Assembly (NCBI GenBank): GCA_020184695.1
Contig: JAANOX010000231.1
Location: 124,001 to 188,000 of the forward strand
Reading direction: 5' to 3'
From: Histomonas meleagridis 2922-C6/04-290x
Lineage: Eukaryota > Protista > Parabasalia
Length of the DNA: 64,000 bases
Shown: piece after piece, positions 55,730-64,000 of the stretch
How the letters are laid out: every line of letters starts with the position of its first letter
Position numbering within the stretch: position 1 is the stretch's first letter
Notes under the pieces: model-generated
Database searches by the model: none
What the model was told of the DNA's origin: nothing
The model's input: only the letters and a program-made list of their open reading frames with translations
Program-made: the position numbers and the translations under genes

Positions 55730-56370
55730 AAGACACGCGCCAAGGAACTCGTCAACAAGTACGGATGGAAGCAAATAGGCGCAGGTCGTGTTTGGTCATT
55801 CGCCCCAGGCACAACAGGTCCAAACATGCTCGTCGATACCACCAAATACCCCGAATACTTACATGAAATTAAGGAGCACCTTGTCTCAGCCTTCCAAAAC
55901 GCTACAAGAATCGGTGTCCTTTGCAAAGAGCCATTATATGGTGTCCGCTTCAACTTCTACGAAGTATATATATACACTCTGATGCATCACAGAGTACACA
56001 GCCAAGCCAACATTGATCGAGTCAGTCTACTTAGCAGAAATCACAGCACCATTGACCGTATGCGGTGGTGTTCACGACGTTTTGTCCAAGCGTAGTGGAA
56101 AGGCATTCGATCAACAACAACGTGAGGGTACACCATTGATGGTTATCAAGGCTTATCTTCCTGTTATGGAATCATTCGGCTTCGATAAAGATCTCAGATC
56201 AGCCACATCAGGTCAGGCATTCACAAACGATCTTCGACCACTGGGAGAATCTCCAAGGTGACGCATTCGAAGATGAAAACCAACTCAGCGCCACGATTAA
56301 GGCTGTCCGTAAGAGGAAGGGTCTCTCTGAAAGCATCCCATCACTCGACCACTACCTCGATAAACTTTAA
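55730..56370 (+). pseudogene. EEF2: Elongation factor 2 pseudogene (C-terminal ~200 codons only)
   Basis: GPNMLVD..., EPLYGVRFN, KAYLPVMESFGF..DLRSATSGQAF, FDHW and YLDKL*. 5' part absent; deletion/frameshift near 55965-55995 and frameshift near 56222. Confidence 0.92.
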
Positions 56371-56614
56371 ATTTAAATTAATAAATAAAAGCCTTCATGC
56401 AAATTGGTGAAATGCAAATTGGTAAAATTACCGTTTTATCACACTTTTAGCATTTTTTCTGTAATTTGACCAAGACTTGAAAAAAAGTGACGGAACATAA
56501 CTCGGTTCTTTTCCCTAAAAAACGTTAAGAATTGAAATTGTTCATTTTTCCACAATAGTACTTGAGGTTGTTTATAATAACTCAAGGAGAAATAAAAGGA
56601 TAATAAAAAAATAC

Positions 56615-57656
56615 ATGAAAGCTAAATATCAAAAACGTGGGGATCAATTACACAACCTTAAATATTCTGAACATGCGATCAACACAGAAAACATCACATC
56701 ACGAACAATGATTTCAGTGGAGATTCTGGGAATTACAGTCACTGCAGTCATAATAATATCTATTATTGTTGCTGTACCCCACCTTATTTATGGAAGATCT
56801 TTCATGGCTTCTTTAGCTGAATTTTACATGAAGATCGTGCGCAAACATTATGGAGAAAAAGAAGCAAGAGAAGAGCTTGAAAAAATCAAAAAGCAAGGCA
56901 AAAAACCTTACGCTCTACCTTCATTGATTAAACTGAAAAAAGGATCAATTGAATATGAAAGTTGTGGTCTACAAATTTTTAGTTTCAATCCCAAAGGAAA
57001 ATGTCCCACTGTGATCTATCTTCACGGTGGTGGCTATGTTCATAATCCTCTAATTTTTCATTAACAAACTTACACAGCGAACGGACAGTAATGTAATTAT
57101 GCCAATTTATCCTCTTGCTCCATTTGGTACATATTCTTATTGCTATGATAAGTTATTTGAATTATATAAAACATTTCAAAATCCATCAGACCTCATTATC
57201 ATGGGTGATTCATCTGGTGGTGGTCTTGCCATAGGATTTGCGCTCTTCCTAAAAGAAAATAATCTACCATTACCCAAGAAGCTTGTTCTTTTTGCTCCAT
57301 GGGTAGATCTTACTATGACAAACCCAGATATTCCCAAATATGAACGAGTTGACCCACGTAATTCTCGAGAGCTTGCTAGAGTATGGGGTGCTGCGTGGGC
57401 TGGTGGAGAGGATCTTAAGAATTAAAAGATAAGTCCAATATATGGTGACTTAAATGGCTTACCACCCATTGTACAATATGTAGGAACACGCGATTTGTTA
57501 TATCCTGATTGTGTATTGTTTCATGAGAAACTCAAGAAAAACAATGTTGACTCGACGTTAATCACTGGAAATGGACTAAATCATGTTTATCCAGTATATC
57601 CAATACCAGAAGCACGTGTGGCACTTGAACAGATTGCAAAGGATATTACAAATTAA
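56615..57656 (+). pseudogene. HSL-family alpha/beta-hydrolase (esterase) pseudogene, bacterial-like
   Basis: YLHGGGY, GDSSGGG, SPIYG and NHVYP motifs. Frameshift at about 57062 and an in-frame TAA at 57423-57425. Confidence 0.85.
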
Positions 57657-58398
57657 TGTACGATAATATTATTAAATATCATGAATCTCTTCTTTTGTTC
57701 GAAAATAATATCTTGTTGTATTTGATTCCAGATATTTTGTTTATGTGATTTGTGTAGAGGAATTTTGGCAAAAAAATTTCAGTGAACGATAGAGAATTTT
57801 TCATAATTATATGACGGTTTGATTTCAAAATAGAATTTTTGTTATGAATTATTGATTGTAATATCTGTGCGATGATGGCAGACAAATCGAATGATTATTG
57901 ATTTGTTAAGAAATAAAATCGCTGAAATTTACATTAAAGCGTGATTTGTTATTATTTCAAATAATTATATGAAATCTTGATTTTCTTGAAATTAATTTAT
58001 TTACTAATTTAATAAGAAAATAAATGATATGAATATTTTCGTGATACCTCAATGATGTACTTATATAACCTGATTAATAATTATTATCAATAAAATAGTT
58101 TCTGTGTAAGTACATATAGAAATTATTTATTGTCCTTTATATAATGGAAAAGATATAATATATTTGGCATTGATTTTGATTATTCTTCCTGCAATAAGTA
58201 ATTTAGCTATGACTGTGACCTATTTCAGAAGTTATCAAATGTTCTGTCATTGCTTATTATGAAAATTTCCAAATATTAAATTTTAAGAATTAATTTAAGT
58301 ACTATTGTACTCCTGGGATACTTGTTTTGCGATCTATCTTTGTATTTAAATCTTAAAGGAATTAAAAAAAAAACATACAACTTTGAAAAATGTATTTT

Positions 58399-59247
58399 TT
58401 AGTGCAAAAAGTATATAAATTTTGATAAATTATAGCTTAGCATTTTTTTTAATAAGGAGGTAAATGTAATTAAATTAATTATGTCAGTATATTTCTTATT
58501 GGTTGCAATTGAGAGTGCTGTTTCAAATAATTTAAATAAACGCCAAATATTACTTTGAATTGCTAAATTATTATTATAAAGATTAAATAAATAAAATAAA
58601 TACTTTTTACATCGATATCAATTCCTTTTTTATCAAGAAGGAATTTAACTATTTCTTTATAGTTAAGTGAAGATGCCCAAATAAGTGCAGTCCAAAATCA
58701 TTTGAACAATTTCCAAATATTATTTTGAGATATAAAATTATATAAGTAAAAATAATATAAAACAAATAAACATCTTTAACATTAATCTCAATCCCTTCTT
58801 GTTCAAGTAGTAATTTAACGATTTCTTTGCAACCTTTGATAGATGCCCATATAAGTGCTGTTCGAAATAATTTGTATAAGTTCCAAATATTATTTTGAGA
58901 TACTAATATATTAAAACAATTATTAAAAACAACAAATAAAAATCTTTAAGATTAATATCAATTCCATTTTTTGAAAGAAGTAATTTAACTATTCCTAAGT
59001 GACCTCCTTGAGATGCAATTATAAGTGCTGTATAATATGTTTAAAATAATTTCCAAATATTACGTTGAAATATCAAATGATTGAAAAATTTGTTCCTTTG
59101 AGTATTGATATCAATTCCTTTTTGTTCAAGGAGTAATTGAACAATTTCTATGTAATTTTGTGTTGATGAAATTATAAGTGCTGTATTAAATAAAACAAAT
59201 ATTTCCCAATTATAATTTTGAATCATCAATTTATTAATATAATTTTC
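58399..59247 (-). repeat. Ankyrin cassette array D (5 cassettes) interrupted by 17-nt inserts
   Basis: Cassettes start at 59184, 59031, 58861, 58691 and 58521. Spacers are 63, 63, 80, 80 and 80 nt. Confidence 0.92.
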
Positions 59248-60397
59248 ATTTTGTGCATTGATATCAATTCCTTCTTGTTCAAGAATATATTTCACAAGTT
59301 CAATGTTCCCTGATTCTGTTGATGATACCAAAATATCGAATGGAAGTGAATTTTCTTTCTGAAAATGTTGAACAAGATATAAATTACCATTTCTTGCTGC
59401 TTCATTAATAATATTTTCATCAATTTTCATTCCTTTCCCTTGTAAATATGTAAAGATGTCATAATTCATATTCTTAACACATAAACATCCCAAATAATTA
59501 ATATTACAGCTGTTTTCTTCTAAGTTATTTTCATAAATATATTCAAAAATCTCATTTTTATGTAATTTAATCGCTGCTTCATATGAACCTTCAAATGATG
59601 AATGATATTGTTCACATAAATGAATGATTTCAAGATTTCCACCTGCAACTGCATATTTACCTGTGCATTCGAGATCAGATCCATTCATAAGTAATTATTT
59701 AAAACATTGAATTGATCCAAAGAATGCTGCATAATCAATTAATGTAACTTTCTTATGATTAATGAATGAATTTCGTTCATAAAGTGATTTTGGAATTCTT
59801 TGATTATAATCAAATCCTTCTTTTGATGATATTTCTTGAAGTTTTTCTATTTCATCTTTTCGAATTATCTTCGCTATTTTGTTTGGATTAATTCCTTCAG
59901 TAATTAATTCCTTATGAAGTTCCCATTTATTTTTTGATAATTCTGAATAATTTTCCATGATTTGTTTTAATGAATAATTGTTCTTTTGCTTGTTAATTTC
60001 TTCTTGACTCATATAATGAACAAAATATGGATTTACTTTATATATTAATGCGTTAGGTTTAAGAAAGTTTCGTTCAAACATCTTTGAAAGTGGTTAATTA
60101 TGTTTCTTGACATTTTGAAAATAAAAGTTGATGTGAAAAACATCAAATATTTTTGGATTGAATTTGTTTAGTTTCTTCAAATAGTTCAATTTCATTAAGA
60201 AAACTTAAATAAATATCAAAATCTTTCATTGGATCAAAAAGAAAGAAATATTTAAATTGAATAATAACTTGATTAAATGAAAATGGTTATTTATAATCAA
60301 AAATGGATAGAATTGATTGTGCAGATTGAGAAACATTTTCTTTATTTAAATTAAATATTATTTGTTGGATTAATTTAATCATTTCCATTTTGTTCAT
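58399..60397 (-). pseudogene. DUF3447 + ankyrin gene D, N-terminal part disrupted
   Basis: ATG at 60397. In-frame TAA at 60289-87, 60096-94 and 59697-95, plus small frameshifts near 60100-60150. Homologous to genes A and C. Confidence 0.7.
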
Positions 60398-61207
60398 TTT
60401 TGGATTTTAATTTTTTATTGTTTACATAAAAGTGGCAAATGAATTATAATTTGACATAACAAACATAGTTAAAATATGAAAAATCAAATTATTAAAAAAA
60501 ATTGTTTTGTTTTGTTTTGATTTTTTTTATTTATGAAAATATTAATTAAAATTAAAAATATATTATTTATTCCAAAACATTTATTGTATTATATATCATA
60601 TCAATTTTACATTTATATAAATTATTATCTTTCAAGAAATCTCGGTGTTTGAATGTAATACTAACGATTAAAAATATACAATATTTCTACCTAATGATGT
60701 ACTTATTATTATTTATTGACATATTAAGATTTTTGATAAAATATGACAGATAATAAAATTTTATATTAAAATAAGATGAAAAAATCGTTCTATTACATTT
60801 TAATAAATTTTCCTTATATATGGTTTCGAGAAAAAAAATTGAAGAAAATTAGGAAAAATGATGAACAAATCATCATAAAAGCAAAAATTCTATTTTGAAA
60901 TTAATATGCTAAATTCTATTAAATAATATTATAATAATATATTTTCTGAAATAAATTTAGAATTCGAGAAAATAAGAGTGAAAAAACAAAAAAAGCAAAA
61001 TGCATTACAAAAGATGTTCGAACATCTTTCGTATTCAAAAATTAAAACCGATACAATTCAAATTTCCATATAAACCATAGAAAATTATAATTTTGCAAAA
61101 CGTTATGTTACTTTACATTTATTGTAATAAATGAGAAATCTTTAATAAAAATGGTTTTTCCATTTTATATAAAGAAGATTTTAGACAATTTTTTTTTACT
61201 CTAACAT

Positions 61208-63922
61208 TTACTTCAATTCTAATCTTATCAAATTCTTTTCGAACTGATTCTTTATCATATTACAGACATCATCCAAACAAGCGATGTCACTTAAACTCGA
61301 ATTCTTTCTCTCCAATTGCTTCAGCATATTACATTGCAACAAATCCCTCATCAAGAAGTATGCGTCTGTGATTAACCCCATTGAAAACAGGATATACAGC
61401 ACAGGATGAAACTCATTTGCGGCAGCGAACACACATACACAGTCTTGTAACTTATTCAACTCAAACAACTTACATCCCAACTCAAACAAAAACTTTTTCT
61501 TTAATTCATTATCATTAATATTTCGAATGAATTTCACAGCTATTTCGAATTGTTCGCATTCCAAAAAGTATTTAAATCCGTCGATATCCATTTTTGCTAT
61601 CTTAAATAACAATGCGGCTTTGTTATATTTCCCATTACCAAATAATTCTAATGCTAAATTCTTTATCAGTTTTTGCGTTTTATCATTTAATTTGTCGTTC
61701 GATGAAGATAATAATATAAAAGTCGATAAAATGGAATCACTAAAATAACTTTTGGTGGTCGAATCTTCATTAATCAAAAGCTCTGACGCTTTATCAAACT
61801 CATTTAAGAATATTAAAGAAAGTAATTTCTTATGTTTCGAGTTTTCGCTTTTGATTTTAGTTCGTGAAATATATCGTAATTCGATTTCATCAAAATTTAA
61901 AATATCCCCAATACCATAGATGGAGTTTAAGCGTAAATTTCGTTGGAAGTCAAACGGATAAAAAGAATGAAAAAAGGAATCGTAAAATTCGGAGGTTTGA
62001 CGATGTTCAATAAATTGGCGCAAATTTTCATCTTCGGTAGGAGGTGGTAAATGATTGGTTACATACCCAAGTGGCGTCCAGTCATTAATATTTATGAATT
62101 TAATGACGCCGTTGTTTGACATGATTAATAATAATGACTCATTAATTACTCGATAATTAAGGACATTACAAGGACAAAAAACAATCCGTGTGAAATCAGT
62201 GCGGAATAATGTGCTATCATTACAAAGACCAAATACTGTAGTGGAATTATGATCAAATTGTAAAGAGCGTAAATTACGACCAGCAGTTTGAATACGGCGT
62301 GATGAAGGAATGGATTCATCATAAAGACTAAGTATGCCATTGGAATAACCGGTGGCAAATTTGGAATCTGAATATGCCAAACACAATGAATCGCCATCAT
62401 AAGTTCGTGGCTTGATACTATACCCTGGTGTAATGTCACTCTTGTTGGAATAGGTATAAAGTTTTATAATATGGTTTTTCAATAGAACATAAAATTTGCC
62501 ATTAGATTGAGTTGATGTCTTTTCATCAACAGCCACATCAATGACAGGATGAGAAAGGATAAGAACATGTTCTTTGCCATCAATAAAAACTCCAAGAACT
62601 TGCTTATCTCGTTGAACAATTAATGCACCTTTATGTGAACCAAAATGTTTTGTAGTCTTTCCATATGATTTATATGTGAATACACATTGAGATGAAGAAT
62701 CAACAAATCCTATATTTGATTCTGTTTGCCAATAGATTTTGGAGGACGTTAAATCGAACGATACGAATTTAACGGTCTCTGATGACACCTTGTAACGTTT
62801 TGTGTCTGTTGTATCATAAAGATTTCCAATCATAACATAACCATCTCGAGATCCTGTTGAATACTTGGTGCCATCGCTATCATATGCAGTGATGTCAGAT
62901 GGAAATATAGGATCAATTGATGTTATTTTAAATGTCTTGGTCGAAATTAAAGCAATTCCAATTGTAGAATGTATAAACGCAACATATTCATTATCCTTTG
63001 GACAAGTTGCTATACCAGTTATACATCCGGTTGATGTTATTGGCTGAACATCTTTTGATGGAAAGAAATTATAATCCTCATTCATTTCGTAGCAAGAAAT
63101 CATTCCATTTCTATGTGTAATCATTAGTTTTGTGGCATCGTTAGGGAATTGAAGAAGTAAATCAAAGATTGATGGAACGATACCACTATCGATTAAAGGG
63201 ATTAAAAGCTCTAATTCAACATTAAAATAACATAATTCTTTTTCAAGCATAACAAAAATGTAGTTTGGCATGTGGAGAGACCATTGTGCATCAATAATTG
63301 TTGAATCAGTATCAATCATTACTTTATCTAATATTGGGTTTGGAGGCGACTTTCCCTCGTCTTCGAGAAAGCTGATGGTAAATGTTTTATCATTATCGAA
63401 AAATAAAATTCTATTTTTGTATAAGGGATCAATTGAAAAATTAACAGCATCAAAGCGAAGATCTGTTTCCCAAAGCATTATGAAATTTGTCAAGTTATCA
63501 TTTTTCGCTCCATTCGAGTATTTAACAGCAATCAATCTTTTGGAATTTAAAAGAACAAGTAATATTTCATTAATCCATTGAATAGAAATTACTTTTTCAT
63601 GTTTGTTTCGTAATGGCTTTGCTGATGCATTAAAGCATTTTTTCTCTATATCTAAAATAAAAAGTCGACAATGATCATCCCCTATTGCAATCAGCGATCG
63701 CAAATAAGGGTGAAAACTTAGGCAAGTGATTGGGTTTGGTGGAACCTCGATTGATCCTGTATGAATAAGTTTGTTTTCTTGAAAGTTGGATATATGAATA
63801 CATGAACCTGTTGCATACGCAATTAAATTATTATTTCCCCAAGTTATGCTTTTTCTGTTTTCGTTATTATATGATGGAGGAAATTGTGGTTGGATTTGGT
63901 ACTGGAAATTGCCTCCAAGCAT
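61208..63922 (-). CDS. WD40-repeat protein, WDR11-like
   Basis: 904-aa ORF with N-terminal NRKSITWG..NLIAYA.GS and WD-like repeats, plus a helical C-terminal region. Confidence 0.65.
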   Translation of the reverse strand: MLGGNFQYQIQPQFPPSYNNENRKSITWGNNNLIAYATGSCIHISNFQENKLIHTGSIEVPPNPITCLSFHPYLRSLIAIGDDHCRLFILDIEKKCFNASAKPLRNKHEKVISIQWINEILLVLLNSKRLIAVKYSNGAKNDNLTNFIMLWETDLRFDAVNFSIDPLYKNRILFFDNDKTFTISFLEDEGKSPPNPILDKVMIDTDSTIIDAQWSLHMPNYIFVMLEKELCYFNVELELLIPLIDSGIVPSIFDLLLQFPNDATKLMITHRNGMISCYEMNEDYNFFPSKDVQPITSTGCITGIATCPKDNEYVAFIHSTIGIALISTKTFKITSIDPIFPSDITAYDSDGTKYSTGSRDGYVMIGNLYDTTDTKRYKVSSETVKFVSFDLTSSKIYWQTESNIGFVDSSSQCVFTYKSYGKTTKHFGSHKGALIVQRDKQVLGVFIDGKEHVLILSHPVIDVAVDEKTSTQSNGKFYVLLKNHIIKLYTYSNKSDITPGYSIKPRTYDGDSLCLAYSDSKFATGYSNGILSLYDESIPSSRRIQTAGRNLRSLQFDHNSTTVFGLCNDSTLFRTDFTRIVFCPCNVLNYRVINESLLLIMSNNGVIKFININDWTPLGYVTNHLPPPTEDENLRQFIEHRQTSEFYDSFFHSFYPFDFQRNLRLNSIYGIGDILNFDEIELRYISRTKIKSENSKHKKLLSLIFLNEFDKASELLINEDSTTKSYFSDSILSTFILLSSSNDKLNDKTQKLIKNLALELFGNGKYNKAALLFKIAKMDIDGFKYFLECEQFEIAVKFIRNINDNELKKKFLFELGCKLFELNKLQDCVCVFAAANEFHPVLYILFSMGLITDAYFLMRDLLQCNMLKQLERKNSSLSDIACLDDVCNMIKNQFEKNLIRLELK

Positions 63923-64000
63923 TGGGAAATTTCAACGTAATTTTTTGGCAATTAATTTTGAGACAAAATACTTTGTCATCCCGATAAAAGAAATTCAATA

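Noticed and set aside
57423-60289. Genome-wide TAA reassignment
   Set aside because: Most intact conserved genes here (tubulin, RPL13, RPL27, RPS15, PFK) terminate at TAA and contain no internal TAA.

Overview
This is AT-rich, gene-dense eukaryotic nuclear DNA from a parabasalid (trichomonad). The evidence is an MVREI-type beta-tubulin, Inr and M3+M5 core promoters, BspA-like LRR surface proteins and DUF3447-type ankyrin genes. A Tritrichomonas-like species is an inference. It holds about 30 protein genes (HSP70-like, lipase 3, Bacteroidales-like PPi-PFK, Sec7-PH GEF, beta-tubulin, RPL27/RPL13/RPS15, Rab, ZIP, alpha-TAT, PLMT, ATG18, RidA, RasGEF, kinases, DHX37, UBE2S, CLASP, WDR11, two BspA), tRNA-Lys(CTT), tRNA-Ala(TGC), a 337-bp hAT-like MITE, EF-2 and esterase pseudogenes, and two structured-RNA candidates. 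I recognised no canonical GT-AG intron. Main discovery: in four DUF3447-ankyrin genes (15.7-18.3, 22.7-25.2, 42.6-45.1 and 58.4-60.4 kb) each 90-nt ankyrin helix cassette is separated from the next by an apparently non-coding spacer. Of 31 spacers counted by hand, 18 are exactly 80 nt and 6 are exactly 63 nt. The spacers resolve into 17-nt AT-rich inserts (roughly RTTT...ATTT, no GT-AG) alternating with single codons (80 = 4x17 + 4x3; 63 = 3x17 + 4x3). Removing the inserts restores the canonical ankyrin D-x-x-G-x-T beta-hairpin (KD-KDGE-TAL, KN-DNGK-TAL, QN-EDGN-TAL). This implies roughly 115 non-canonical micro-introns (or excised/skipped segments) around 3-nt exons. All counts are manual and the mechanism is untested.
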